DNA from: a virus
DNA length: 64,000 bases
Direction: 5' to 3' (one strand)
IMG/VR virus record: IMGVR_UViG_3300043777_000056
Span: 7,798 to 71,797 of that record
Shown piece by piece: positions 36,452 through 46,362 of the stretch (positions within the stretch are counted from its first letter, which is position 1; each line of letters starts with the position of its first letter). Below the pieces are notes generated by a model. That model worked only from the letters and a program-made list of their open reading frames with translations. It was not told the origin of the DNA and searched no databases. A program made the translations under genes and the position numbers.

Positions 36452-37113
36452 CGACTGATTTGTCGAGAACACCGTCCTTAGACGCCCTGACGTCGAGGGA
36501 GAGGGCCTTCGTCACGAACCCTAATGTTCTGGCGGATCCAGTGTTGGCTGCCATACAGAGCGGCTTTACGCCGACGTACGCGAAGCGCCGGGCCAACGCC
36601 CTCAGAAGGGAGCTGCATTACTACATCATTGCCGGCGAGCTAGCGCAGACGGCGCGTCGGGACATAGACGCCAAGACCGTGCTTGCTGAGTTGAGCAATC
36701 TAGCCTTCAGCGATGTCTTGGACTTCTTTGAGGCCGTGGATGATATCGACGAGGCAACCGGACTCTCCAACGGGACCATCATGGTTCCTAAGCAAAATCT
36801 CAAGGCCCTGCCGGCGCATCTACGCAGGCTGATTAAGCGCATCAAGTTCGACCGAATAGTCCTTGGTGACGGCAAGAGAGAGATGTTCTACGTCTCAGAT
36901 ATCGAGCTGCACGGAAAGGACTGGGCGCTCAAGGACATGATCGAGATCATGCGTCTCAAGCAATCCGGTGCTCCCAAGGATGAAACATCCCAGCTTCTTG
37001 AAAAGATGTCCGCCAACGAACTTGAAGAGATCGAACAGGTATTCTCCAAGGCCCGCGCGCGCCTGCGCCGAACCATTGACAAGAAAAGGGACGATGATGC
37101 CATTGACGTCTAA
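36448..37113 (+). CDS. terS: Terminase small subunit
   Basis: LTSRERAFV...AAIQSGF HTH; VLAELSNLAFSDVLDFF; IELHGKDWAL. Confidence 0.75.
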   Translation: MTTDLSRTPSLDALTSRERAFVTNPNVLADPVLAAIQSGFTPTYAKRRANALRRELHYYIIAGELAQTARRDIDAKTVLAELSNLAFSDVLDFFEAVDDIDEATGLSNGTIMVPKQNLKALPAHLRRLIKRIKFDRIVLGDGKREMFYVSDIELHGKDWALKDMIEIMRLKQSGAPKDETSQLLEKMSANELEEIEQVFSKARARLRRTIDKKRDDDAIDV

Positions 37114-38650
37114 ACCAGAAGAGTGTCCTAAATGTCGTTCTGATAAGTTGGTCTCGGCTGGCAAGTCAGGATCAAAACAGCAGCGGTGGCTGTGTAAGTC
37201 ATGTAAGTGGCATGGCACTGGTCGTGCTAACGGCAATCGCGGTCACGTCGAGTTCGAGATCCTGAAGGGGATCAATGCTGATCTACCTAAGTCCAATGTC
37301 TATCTGATCACCTATGCTCAGAATGACACTGGGGTACACAAGGGGTTCCTTGAGAACCTGGAGGCATATGCGAAATTCCGCCGGGCAAGTATTGTTGTCA
37401 TACCAGGATTGTATCGAAATCCTAGCCTTCCAATCCCTCCTCGATACGAACCAAGCTGGGATGCGAGCGTGCGCAAGTACCTCTTCGCAGGAAGATCAGA
37501 TCTCGGACCAGTTGCGGTCTTGGGAGACCTACGAATCCAACCTACTGCGGTTACACCGCTTGTCGGGCATGAGAGCATCAGCGGCCATCGCTCCGCGATT
37601 ATCGCGCACCCAAAACTGGCGCTCAAGACAATTGCCGAGCCGCAGAGCCGGCTACCAAAGATCCTCACCACAACTGGGGCCGTCACGAAGCAGAACTATT
37701 CCCACACGCGGGCCGGGAAGATTGGTGAGTTCCACCACACTATCGGGGCGTGCCTCCTGGAAGTGGAAGGTGATGAGTACCACATACGGCAGATCAATGC
37801 GATTCGTGATGGTTCCTTCATCGACCTTGAATGGCAGGTTTCACAGGGAGAGATTAAGGCAGCGCCGCCGGCTGAACTACTGCATCTAGGTGATGTGCAT
37901 GCTTGGTTCGTGGACCAAGCGGTGAAGCAGGCAACATTCGGCAAGCGCGGCATTGTTGAGACGCTGGCGCCGAAGCGCATTGTGTTTAACGACACTTTCG
38001 ATGCCTTCAGTATCAGTCACCATCACCGCAAGGATCCGTTCTTGCGCGCACTGAAGTCGGACACCGGGCTCAATCTGGTAGCGCGAGAGATGAAGGACAC
38101 GATTGACTTCGTGTTCGAGGTTACCCCGCCGGGCGTTGAAGCCGTGATCGTGCCCAGCAATCACGACGAACATCTGATGCGCTGGCTCAAGGAAAATGAC
38201 TGGCGCGAGGATCCGGATAACTCCGAGTTCTACTTGGAGACTGCGCTGTACGTTCGCCGGAATGTCAAGATGGTGGGCGGGGTACCGGAGTTGCCGGATC
38301 CTTTCCAGTACTGGTTCCGAAAAGATCCACGTTGCCGAAAGAACTTCGTCCTGCTCAATCGTGGCGAGGAATACACGGTCAAGAACGTGGACGTGTCCAA
38401 TCATGGCGACCTGGGGGCGAACGGCTCCAGGGGCTCCATACGTCAGTACGCACGCATGGGATCTAAGACCATCAGCGGGCATACCCATACCTTCGGGATC
38501 GATGAGGGCGCCTACTCTTCCGGCACCAGCTCGAACCGCAAGCGCGGCTTCAATCAGGGCTTGTCAACCTGGATGAACGGGCATACAATCCTCTACGCAA
38601 ATGGTAAGCGTTCCTTGCTGATCATCATCAACGGGAAGTACAGACTATGA
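37094..38650 (+). CDS. Calcineurin-like metallophosphoesterase with N-terminal zinc ribbon
   Basis: CPKC...GKQRWLCKSC; LGDVH, D-x-FD, SNHD, HGD, GHTH. Confidence 0.85.
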   Translation: MMPLTSKPEECPKCRSDKLVSAGKSGSKQQRWLCKSCKWHGTGRANGNRGHVEFEILKGINADLPKSNVYLITYAQNDTGVHKGFLENLEAYAKFRRASIVVIPGLYRNPSLPIPPRYEPSWDASVRKYLFAGRSDLGPVAVLGDLRIQPTAVTPLVGHESISGHRSAIIAHPKLALKTIAEPQSRLPKILTTTGAVTKQNYSHTRAGKIGEFHHTIGACLLEVEGDEYHIRQINAIRDGSFIDLEWQVSQGEIKAAPPAELLHLGDVHAWFVDQAVKQATFGKRGIVETLAPKRIVFNDTFDAFSISHHHRKDPFLRALKSDTGLNLVAREMKDTIDFVFEVTPPGVEAVIVPSNHDEHLMRWLKENDWREDPDNSEFYLETALYVRRNVKMVGGVPELPDPFQYWFRKDPRCRKNFVLLNRGEEYTVKNVDVSNHGDLGANGSRGSIRQYARMGSKTISGHTHTFGIDEGAYSSGTSSNRKRGFNQGLSTWMNGHTILYANGKRSLLIIINGKYRL

Positions 38651-39249
38651 ATTTGACGTTGCCGGTGGACTCTCAGGTGCGCAAAGACATTCCTATCTAC
38701 AGCGGTTTTCTGAAGTACTTCCCGGCAGCCATTGCTGGCGCGGCACGTCACTCGAAGCGCGGTAACGATAAGCACAATCCAGGACAGGAGCTGCATCACG
38801 CGCGCGGCAAGTCCATGGATCATGCTGATTGTATACAGCGTCATCTGGTGGATATGGCCGATCTAGAAGCCATCATAGAGCGTGGTGGTTTTGATGATAA
38901 GCGAGATCAGGAAGTAGTCATGGTGCTTCTTGAAGAAGCCGATGCTCTTGTGTGGCGCTCTGCGGCTCTTTCACAGAAACTGTACGAGACGTATGCGGGG
39001 AAGCCTTTGGCGCCCGCCGCTCGCGAGCCCAAGTCTGATGCTAGGATCAGTAAGCTTCAAAATGGTGACCGGGTAAAAGTAATAGCTGGTGGTTCATACA
39101 TTGGCCGACGTGGAAAGATCATAGGTTTGCAGCCATCCAGCAGTCAGGGTGTTCCGATATTTGTTGTCGAGTTCGATGCCGATTTTGAGCATAGTCGCGG
39201 GATCTTGGCCGCGCCATTCTATGCAAGTGAGTTGATCATATGCGAGTAG
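38647..39249 (+). CDS. dATP/dGTP diphosphohydrolase-like (DUF5664-type) domain plus KOW-like C-terminus
   Basis: RKDIPIYSGFLKYFP...GNDKHN...DHADCIQRHL...WRSAA; GDRVKVIAGGSYIGRRGKI. Confidence 0.7.
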   Translation: MNLTLPVDSQVRKDIPIYSGFLKYFPAAIAGAARHSKRGNDKHNPGQELHHARGKSMDHADCIQRHLVDMADLEAIIERGGFDDKRDQEVVMVLLEEADALVWRSAALSQKLYETYAGKPLAPAAREPKSDARISKLQNGDRVKVIAGGSYIGRRGKIIGLQPSSSQGVPIFVVEFDADFEHSRGILAAPFYASELIICE

Positions 39250-39665
39250 CAGCGAATGATGTCGAGCGTGTTCTTCAACAGGCCGAGGCCGAAGAGAAGC
39301 ATGCGCGGGCTGATGTCGGTGTCAAGCGTTCATCCGATTTCGACAACCTTGTGGCCGCATTCAATCGGGCCCGAGAGCTGAGGGACAAGCCATTCCGCAC
39401 CACTATCCTGCGCGGGCGAAAGAGTCGCCAGCCACAGGATGTGATCGTTACCAACGAGGAGCGCAGTGAAGCTGGCTTTCTCTATGTTCTGTGTCTGGTA
39501 CCGTATACCAAGCAGCAGCTCGATGCCGCCGGCACATACAAGTACGTCACTGACGTAGTGTCGCCTGAAGGAAAGGTTATCAAGCAGTTGTGGCATGATA
39601 GCGGTCTGACACCTTCATATCACCAGCAATGGATTCGAGCTGATCGACTACGCGAAGCCGCGTAA
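39240..39665 (+). CDS. Hypothetical protein
   Basis: 141-aa ORF within the operon. Confidence 0.65.
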   Translation: MRVAANDVERVLQQAEAEEKHARADVGVKRSSDFDNLVAAFNRARELRDKPFRTTILRGRKSRQPQDVIVTNEERSEAGFLYVLCLVPYTKQQLDAAGTYKYVTDVVSPEGKVIKQLWHDSGLTPSYHQQWIRADRLREAA

Positions 39666-39674
39666 GAAGGGAGT

Positions 39675-40328
39675 ATGAGTCAAGAGATAATGACGACCGG
39701 GTTTGGTCTTCCGCCAACTAAGGCGGAGCTTGTTATTCCTCCTGAGATGCACTACAAGGCCAAGGACGAAAAGGCCACTCGCGGATCTATCCGCTGTTAC
39801 CCAAGCCTGCATCTGATGAACCCCTTTGACGCGAAGCCGGAGGACATTCACATCGAGGATATTGCGCATCACCTTTCTATCATGAATAGGTACGCTGGCG
39901 CATCTCCTGAGCCGTTGAGCGTAGCCGAGCATAGTGTGCGCGTGTGTCGCCGGGTGAGTTTGTCTGGCATAGCAATACACCCCAACCATGTTGGTGTTTG
40001 TGCTGATATCAAGCTCGCAGCACTCCTGCATGATTCTGAGGAGGCCTATTTGCTGGATATGCCTTCGCCTATCAAGCGCAATCCTCACATGCATGAGTAC
40101 AAGGTGGCCGCCAGCGCTCTGCGCGTTGTGATATTCAAGCGCTTCGACTTGGATCCAGGCCTAGTGGAAGTCATCAAGTGGGCCGACGAGGAAGAGTACT
40201 ACCGCGAGCGCCGGGAGATGTGGCCTGTAAAGTCGATAGACTACGTGGCTCCATGGGGCTGGCGCGAAGCCGAGAGAAAGTTCCTTGCTCTGTTCGAGAT
40301 CATTCAGGACCAAAGGGGAAAGCTGTGA
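39675..40328 (+). CDS. HD-domain 5'-deoxynucleotidase-like phosphohydrolase (YfbR/YfdR-like)
   Basis: IEDIAHHLS..NRYAG, SVAEHS, ALLHDSEEAYLLDMPSPIK, IKWAD. Confidence 0.9.
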   Translation: MSQEIMTTGFGLPPTKAELVIPPEMHYKAKDEKATRGSIRCYPSLHLMNPFDAKPEDIHIEDIAHHLSIMNRYAGASPEPLSVAEHSVRVCRRVSLSGIAIHPNHVGVCADIKLAALLHDSEEAYLLDMPSPIKRNPHMHEYKVAASALRVVIFKRFDLDPGLVEVIKWADEEEYYRERREMWPVKSIDYVAPWGWREAERKFLALFEIIQDQRGKL

Positions 40329-40915
40329 CAACTATTGCATTCCGCGACAACATTCTGGCGGCCGACCAGTGTCATACCGTCATGGAAAACGGAGAGGATC
40401 CGTCGTCGCGGTGCTATGCCAACAAGATTCGTCTTGTGAGCATCGGCGCGTATCACAGATTTGCAATTGCCACGAAGGGCGATTCCATTGATGGGGTTCT
40501 GGTTGAACGGGCGGTAAAATCTCACATTGAGAAAGCCTTGGAGGCCGGCATCGAGCCGCACCTAGATGAGTCATTCGATGACTGGGGCGTGGACATGACC
40601 AAGACAAAATGGAACGATCCGGATGCCGGTACTGATGGCATCATACTGTATAGAGATCTACGCCACGAAAGGACCATTACCGCTTGGCTTATAGATGCCG
40701 ATCCGCGAGTCATACGTCGAATCAAGAAGGGTGACTTCGTCTCTGTCGGTTGCGATTCCCCGCTTGCATTGGCCGCTATGGAGGCCAAGGCCGGCGCCGC
40801 GTTCGCGGTGTGGGTTGCTGCCAAATATGGCGTTGCAACTGCGGGCCCCGTGAACACCGTTAACGCTGCTACAATGGTGCTGAGTACTTCAAAGGTCAGC
40901 CCATTGGATCAGTAA
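40325..40915 (+). CDS. Ntn-hydrolase (proteasome-beta/HslV-like) protein
   Basis: N-terminal (M)TTIAF...LAAD; SVGC...ALAAM...AV..AAKY pattern; GTGA coupling. Confidence 0.7.
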   Translation: MTTIAFRDNILAADQCHTVMENGEDPSSRCYANKIRLVSIGAYHRFAIATKGDSIDGVLVERAVKSHIEKALEAGIEPHLDESFDDWGVDMTKTKWNDPDAGTDGIILYRDLRHERTITAWLIDADPRVIRRIKKGDFVSVGCDSPLALAAMEAKAGAAFAVWVAAKYGVATAGPVNTVNAATMVLSTSKVSPLDQ

Positions 40916-41421
40916 TGCACATAGCCGTAAGCCATAACTCAACAGCAAAAACAATCGGCGCCATAGCTTTCGACTTCGAGAGCGTACTTGAGCCACATGA
41001 ACATCTGCAGCGCAGCATGCTGGTATTCGCCGGCTGGTACAAGGATGCTCCGCTATTCGCGGACTGGGCTGGCCGCAACATAGGCAAGCGTCACTACGTT
41101 TGGACTCGCGAGCCGTTCGATGACATGAAGAAGATCAACAACGTCCTGGGCAACAATGGAGTGCTTGTTCAGAATTGGCCATGGAGAACCGGCGGTAGTC
41201 AGACCGCATCGGTGCATACCCTAGTATGGGCCGCTAGTCACGTGCTTGGATCTGAGTTCCACGTTCCCAGTATCGCCACAGCCGGCCTGGAGGCCGCTGC
41301 GCCGCTGCATGACGCAGCCCTTATGGCGACCATGACTCAGGCCGCCCTGCGCGCCCTGGTGCTCCACGAGCGGCGCTATGGCAAGGGAAAGATGACCTAC
41401 CCCAAAGACGGGGTAAAGTAA
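40915..41421 (+). CDS. Hypothetical protein, possibly a degenerate 3'-5' exonuclease fold
   Basis: PFD...PWR...TL...HDA resembles phage DEDDh-like proteins, but the first acidic motif is not evident. Confidence 0.45.
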   Translation: MHIAVSHNSTAKTIGAIAFDFESVLEPHEHLQRSMLVFAGWYKDAPLFADWAGRNIGKRHYVWTREPFDDMKKINNVLGNNGVLVQNWPWRTGGSQTASVHTLVWAASHVLGSEFHVPSIATAGLEAAAPLHDAALMATMTQAALRALVLHERRYGKGKMTYPKDGVK

Positions 41422-41434
41422 GCCATTGATATAA

Positions 41435-41464
41435 GCTGGTCCTTACACACGTAGGGAGTCCAGC
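41435..41464 (+). promoter_or_regulatory. Hairpin sequestering the terL ribosome-binding site
   Basis: GCTGG-TCCTTAC-ACAC-GTAGGGA-GT-CCAGC, followed by one base and the ATG. Confidence 0.55.
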
Positions 41465-41465
41465 G

Positions 41466-43079
41466 ATGCCCGTTATCGGGTCACTACCAAGAGACGTTAG
41501 TCTCACTGAAATTCAAGCCGCGCGCATGAGGCTTGATTTACGCGCCTTCGCCAAGGAAGCGTGGTCGCTGGTAGATCCGACTCCGCTGGTCTGGGGGTGG
41601 CACCTGGATGCCATATGCGACCATCTTACCTATATTTCGCTTGGTGATATAAGATTCTTTCTTTGTAACCTACCTCCGCGCTCATCAAAATCTCTTATAA
41701 GCGCTGTAATTTGGCCTGTTTTTGACTGGATCATGACGCCCACGCGCGCATGGCTGACGGCCAGTTACTCGCTACAGCTGTCAAAGCGAGACTGCCTTAA
41801 GTCCCGCCGACTACTTGAGTCCCGCTGGTTTCAGGAACGCTGGCCCATACCATTCACCTTCGACGAGAAGTTGAAGCAGCAGTACTCGAATGTGTACGGC
41901 GGCCGGCGCGTATCCATCTCTACCGAATCGACCGCAACCGGAGAAGGCGGCAACATCATCCTGCTGGATGACCCGCACAATGCCCAGGAGGCTGAATCTC
42001 CAGTGGTGCGCGAGCGCACTTGTAAGTGGTGGGACGCAACACTGGCATCACGTTTAAACAACCAGAATATAGACCGCTGGGCGGTGATGGGGCAGCTTAC
42101 CAATCCCGAGGATCTTTTTCACCACATTCGCAATACCTTCGACATGTCAGATGTGGTGCAGCTCATATTGCCGAATGAGTTCGACCGCAAGCGTCGCTGC
42201 GTGACCCGCATACCTGCTAGTCGCGTAAAGATCTTCCGTGATCCGCGCACTAAGCAGGGTGAGCTGCTGATGCCCCAGCGCCTCAACGAAGAAGCCTCGA
42301 AGCGCTTGAAGCGCTCGATGAAGACGAAGTACAACCTGCAGTATCAGCAGAGCACTGATGGCGGCGACGGCAACTTGATATCCAAGGATCACTGGATTCC
42401 ATGGGAAGGTGACCCGCCAGAGGTTGACCACATCATTACGGCATGGGATACCGCGTACGGGCAGAAGCAGAAGAACGACTATAGTGCCCGAACCGATTGG
42501 GGGATCTTCAAGCACTCCGCGATCAAGGAAGTTCCGGTCCTTGACCGAGAGGGCAATCAGCTGATGGACGATGAGGGCAATCCACGTACCCGCCGGCAGA
42601 AGATGCCGGAGCGCTGGTGCGTCATACTGCTTGGTGGGTGGAAGGGGCGTCCTAAGCCGCATGAGTTGCGCCGTAAGGCCAAGGAGCATTACTTCCGGGT
42701 CAGACCGGATTACACGTTGATCGAAAAGAAGGTCAGCGGTATAGACGTCATCAACAGCTTTAGGCTTCTCGGCATCCAGAGCGTTCGACCGATCAATATA
42801 GATCACGGCGGCCGGGTTCAGATGGACATGACCCAGCGCATGAACATGATCTCGGAGATGTTCGAGGACGGCTGTGTCTACTACCTGCCCCGTATAAGCA
42901 CTCAGGAGGTCATACAGGAGGTTTGCGCTTGGCCCGAGGTTGCGCACGATGACTACTGCTCGACCGTCTCCATGGCCCTGCAGTGGGCTCGTAGGCGTGG
43001 TGAGATGAAGCTATGGGAAGACGAGGAAGAGGACGGCACGGTTCGTTTGTTCAAACAAAGGAAGTCGATCTACGGGTGA
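41466..43079 (+). CDS. terL: Terminase large subunit
   Basis: WGWHLDAICDHL, PPRSSKS, TGEGG..ILLDDP, LQYQQ, WDTAY..DYSA, IEKK.SG, HDDY. Confidence 0.95.
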   Translation: MPVIGSLPRDVSLTEIQAARMRLDLRAFAKEAWSLVDPTPLVWGWHLDAICDHLTYISLGDIRFFLCNLPPRSSKSLISAVIWPVFDWIMTPTRAWLTASYSLQLSKRDCLKSRRLLESRWFQERWPIPFTFDEKLKQQYSNVYGGRRVSISTESTATGEGGNIILLDDPHNAQEAESPVVRERTCKWWDATLASRLNNQNIDRWAVMGQLTNPEDLFHHIRNTFDMSDVVQLILPNEFDRKRRCVTRIPASRVKIFRDPRTKQGELLMPQRLNEEASKRLKRSMKTKYNLQYQQSTDGGDGNLISKDHWIPWEGDPPEVDHIITAWDTAYGQKQKNDYSARTDWGIFKHSAIKEVPVLDREGNQLMDDEGNPRTRRQKMPERWCVILLGGWKGRPKPHELRRKAKEHYFRVRPDYTLIEKKVSGIDVINSFRLLGIQSVRPINIDHGGRVQMDMTQRMNMISEMFEDGCVYYLPRISTQEVIQEVCAWPEVAHDDYCSTVSMALQWARRRGEMKLWEDEEEDGTVRLFKQRKSIYG

Positions 43080-43146
43080 TGCGCGCCGCCGCTTATCGAC
43101 ATAATGGTACGCTATCTGAGATCGCCAATAGAACAAGAGGTTGCAC

Positions 43147-43467
43147 ATGAAGACGTGGCATAAGGTAATACTGCACGACGGATTGGTGGCCGAGGTTGAC
43201 GACAAGACACTCAACGTAATCAATGCGTTGCGCGGACTTGAGCGTGAGTTGGCGATTGGCGTCATCGGTTCTGTGTACGCCGGCCGGGTGCTCAGCGCTG
43301 GGTCGGATGCCCCCGGTGACATTGCGTCGCTGCTGGCCGTGTTCGAGCCCGATGGATTGAACAATCTGGCAAGTGACATGTTCAAGGAACATAAGCGTTG
43401 CCAGGGTCTTGCGAGTCTTTGGCAGGGTAATGCCCCCGGCGTGAGTCGGAGTTTCAGGAACCAGTAA
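43147..43467 (+). CDS. Hypothetical protein
   Basis: GAGG RBS; fills the terL-portal gap. Confidence 0.55.
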   Translation: MKTWHKVILHDGLVAEVDDKTLNVINALRGLERELAIGVIGSVYAGRVLSAGSDAPGDIASLLAVFEPDGLNNLASDMFKEHKRCQGLASLWQGNAPGVSRSFRNQ

Positions 43468-43468
43468 A

Positions 43469-45814
43469 ATGGCCATCAAAGGTCTGATGCAGAGCACGGT
43501 CGAAGAGATGCCGGATGACGACAGTCAGCTGTTGTCCAATGAAGGCTTCAGCATGTTCCGTGACGAGGGTGGCGTTGAGGTTCAGCTGGAAGACGGCGAG
43601 CAGCCCATTGATGAGCAGGAAGATGACCCCCAGTTCGACGAAGACTTGACCTACAACCTCAGCGACAGCGAGCGCGAGGGCCTGGGTTCATTCATGCGCG
43701 AGCTGGTAGAGATCGATTTGCAGTCTCGCGAGCAGTGGGAGCAGCGACTAATTGACGGCCTTGAGATCGTAGGTCTAAAGGACGTTCCAGAAGATCGCAC
43801 TGCATTCATGGGTGCTGCTCAGGTAACGCACCCGGCGGTGGCGGAAGCCATTGTGCAGTTTCAGGCCCGCGCCATGGAAGAACTTCTTCCTCCAGCCGGC
43901 CCGGTCAAGGTTGGCGTACTGGGAAGTAATGCCACCGACGAGGATGACAAGCGCGCGTCTCGTGTCGAAGACTACATGAACTATCAGTTGACCGACGAGG
44001 ACGACGAGTACTACTCGGACACCGACTCGATGCTGTTCTACCTGCCATACGCCGGTAGTGCTTTCAAGAAGGTGGCAATCGATCCGATCATCGGGCGTAC
44101 CCGTAGCCGCTACATTACTGCCGACGATTTCATTGTTCCGTACTTCGCAAAGAGCCTGACCACCGCCCCGCGATATACGCATCGTTACACGATGCCGCTG
44201 AACGCATTCAAGCGCGCCGTGGACAATGGCTGGTTCACTGACTACGAGTTCCAGCACACCAACGTGACCCAGATGTCCGGAGACCGCCGGCAGCTGCAGG
44301 ATACATCGGACTACCGTCAAGAGAGCTATCACCCTGACGACACGGTGCTGACTCTGTGCGAGACCCATATCGAGATGAACTTCGAGTGGGAGACCATCGG
44401 AACCGACCGCAAGTTCAAGAAGCCATACGTCATCACCTGGGAGTGGGAGACTGGCGTGGTGGTCGGTATTCGTCGGCTGTGGGCCGAGGACGATGAGAAG
44501 TGCCGCAAGCAGGTTTGGTTCATTCACTACAAGTACTTGCCGGGCTTCGGGTTCTACGGGCTTGGTCTTTTGCATATGATTGGGGGCCTGGGTAAGGCCG
44601 CCAGCGGCGCCCTGCGCGCGGTGCTAGACGGATCCACGACCGCATCACTCCAGGGCGGCTTCAAATCCAAGGATGCCAAGATCGCGGGTGACATGGTGTT
44701 CTCGCCGGGCACATGGATAGACGTGGACATGACGGCGGAGGAGATGCAGAAGTCGTTTTACACCCCGCCATTCAAGGAACCGTCCGAGGCTCTGTTCAAG
44801 ACTCTGGATCTGCTTATCAACGGTATCCAGCGGTTTGCCAGCACGACAGAGGCCATGGTAGGGGAAGCCTCCAATACCGGCCCTGTGGGCACTACAGTGG
44901 CTTTGATCGAACAGGGATCCAAGATCTTCAGCGGCATTCACAAGCGAATGCACAAGGCCGCGCGCACCGAGTTCAAGCTGATCGCCTACTGCAACTGGCG
45001 ATACATGCACGAAGAGGAGTATCCGTATGGAGTTGGTAAGGCCCAGCGATCTGTATTCAGAGCTGATTTTGCTCCAGACATCGATATCAACCCAGTAAGC
45101 GATCCGAACATATATTCGAGCGTTCAGCGTATCGCATTGGCCCAGGCAGTCATGCAGGCCGTCAAAGACAACCCAAGTGACTTCCAGCCGGCGGCCCGCC
45201 GCAAGGCCCTACTGAACATGTTCAAAGCCATGAAGGTTCCGCAGGCCGAAGAGTACTTGCCGGATACCATGGATCAGCATCTGGATCCAGTGAGCGAGAA
45301 TGAGATGATGTCCATCACCGGGCTCGCTAAGGCGTTCCCAGAGCAAGATCATCAGGCCCATATGGCGGTCCACTCCGCGTATATGCAGGAGATCATTGCG
45401 ACCGGGGACCAAGAGACTATCCAGAAGATTGTCCCGATCCTCAAGGCGCATATCACGGCGCATTTCGCTCTCATGTATAGGCAGAGGGTGGAGCAGGAGT
45501 TGATGGCTAAGGGTGGCATGCCCCTTCCGGCTTTTGATCCAAATAAACCAGAGGAAGCAGAGCAGCTTTCAATGGAGATTGAAAATATGGTTGCTCGCGC
45601 AGTAGCTGCCTCTATATCTCCTCCAGCTCAACCACAACCCCAGCAAGATCCTAAAGAAGCCCAAAAGCAGGCGGCCTTTCAAGCTGAGCAACAGAGAAAG
45701 CAGATTGCCTTTCAGGCCGATCAACAAAGAAAGTCTCAAGCTCAGAAGTTAATGTTGCAGCGCAAGGGATTGATTCCATCTGAGCCTAAAGGTGCCTTCT
45801 CTCAAGCAGCATAA
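43469..45814 (+). CDS. Portal protein
   Basis: 781 aa after terL. DLQSREQWE, HPAVAEAIVQFQA, GSAFKKV, YLPGFGFYGLGL, PVGTTVALIEQG. Confidence 0.9.
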   Translation: MAIKGLMQSTVEEMPDDDSQLLSNEGFSMFRDEGGVEVQLEDGEQPIDEQEDDPQFDEDLTYNLSDSEREGLGSFMRELVEIDLQSREQWEQRLIDGLEIVGLKDVPEDRTAFMGAAQVTHPAVAEAIVQFQARAMEELLPPAGPVKVGVLGSNATDEDDKRASRVEDYMNYQLTDEDDEYYSDTDSMLFYLPYAGSAFKKVAIDPIIGRTRSRYITADDFIVPYFAKSLTTAPRYTHRYTMPLNAFKRAVDNGWFTDYEFQHTNVTQMSGDRRQLQDTSDYRQESYHPDDTVLTLCETHIEMNFEWETIGTDRKFKKPYVITWEWETGVVVGIRRLWAEDDEKCRKQVWFIHYKYLPGFGFYGLGLLHMIGGLGKAASGALRAVLDGSTTASLQGGFKSKDAKIAGDMVFSPGTWIDVDMTAEEMQKSFYTPPFKEPSEALFKTLDLLINGIQRFASTTEAMVGEASNTGPVGTTVALIEQGSKIFSGIHKRMHKAARTEFKLIAYCNWRYMHEEEYPYGVGKAQRSVFRADFAPDIDINPVSDPNIYSSVQRIALAQAVMQAVKDNPSDFQPAARRKALLNMFKAMKVPQAEEYLPDTMDQHLDPVSENEMMSITGLAKAFPEQDHQAHMAVHSAYMQEIIATGDQETIQKIVPILKAHITAHFALMYRQRVEQELMAKGGMPLPAFDPNKPEEAEQLSMEIENMVARAVAASISPPAQPQPQQDPKEAQKQAAFQAEQQRKQIAFQADQQRKSQAQKLMLQRKGLIPSEPKGAFSQAA

Positions 45815-45831
45815 GATGTATACTATGATGT

Positions 45832-46236
45832 ATGAGGGTATGCAAAGAATCTGGATGTGGAAAAAAGCATTACGCCAGAGATCTCTGTCGCGATCACTAC
45901 CATAAACTTCCCGAGCATGTTGAGTATCGCAAGCGTTGGCGTAAATCTGAAGTAGGTAAAGCTTCTATGAGGGCGGCCGACCGGCGCGCCCGTGGCATTC
46001 CAGATCCCACAAGACCATGTCCGGATAAGTGTGAAAATCAAGGTTGCGAGGTTAGCGCTAAGCTTGTTCCGGATCATAACCACGAAACCGGAAAATTTCG
46101 CGGATGGATATGCGGATCCTGCAATAGAGCGGCAGGATTACTTAAGTCTGATGCAACATTGAAAGTTATGCGCGGTCTGTTGCTGTATCATCAAAAGAAT
46201 GATAGTGTTCACATACTAACGGTGAGCGAAGACTAG
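45832..46236 (+). CDS. Endonuclease VII-family homing endonuclease
   Basis: N-terminal C/H finger; DHNHETGKFRGWICGSCNRAAG; AT-rich. Confidence 0.85.
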   Translation: MRVCKESGCGKKHYARDLCRDHYHKLPEHVEYRKRWRKSEVGKASMRAADRRARGIPDPTRPCPDKCENQGCEVSAKLVPDHNHETGKFRGWICGSCNRAAGLLKSDATLKVMRGLLLYHQKNDSVHILTVSED

Positions 46237-46345
46237 CGGGGGCATGCCCCGCACCGTGAGAGTGGTCAGGTATACTGGCCTTAAGCAAGAACGGCACCAA
46301 GGGCCTAGTTAACCCTGGAAAGTGCTCCGGAAGGCGTAACCGGGA
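46236..46345 (+). ncRNA. Candidate structured RNA / leader (four consecutive stem-loops)
   Basis: GCGGGG/CCCCGC; CCGT..GGTCAG/CTGGCC..ACGG; GCAC..AGGG/CCCT..GTGC; TCCGG/CCGGG. Confidence 0.4.
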
Positions 46346-46362
46346 TTTATTTAGGAGGCGCT

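Noticed and set aside
38647-40328. Z-genome (2-aminoadenine) pathway
   Set aside because: No purZ or dedicated polymerase is in the window; HD and DUF5664-like genes alone are insufficient.
43093-43497. Minus-strand ORF starting IRPL...AGGITLP, reminiscent of GroES
   Set aside because: The similarity ends after about 25 aa, it overlaps the portal start, and the plus-strand ORF has the RBS and operon context.
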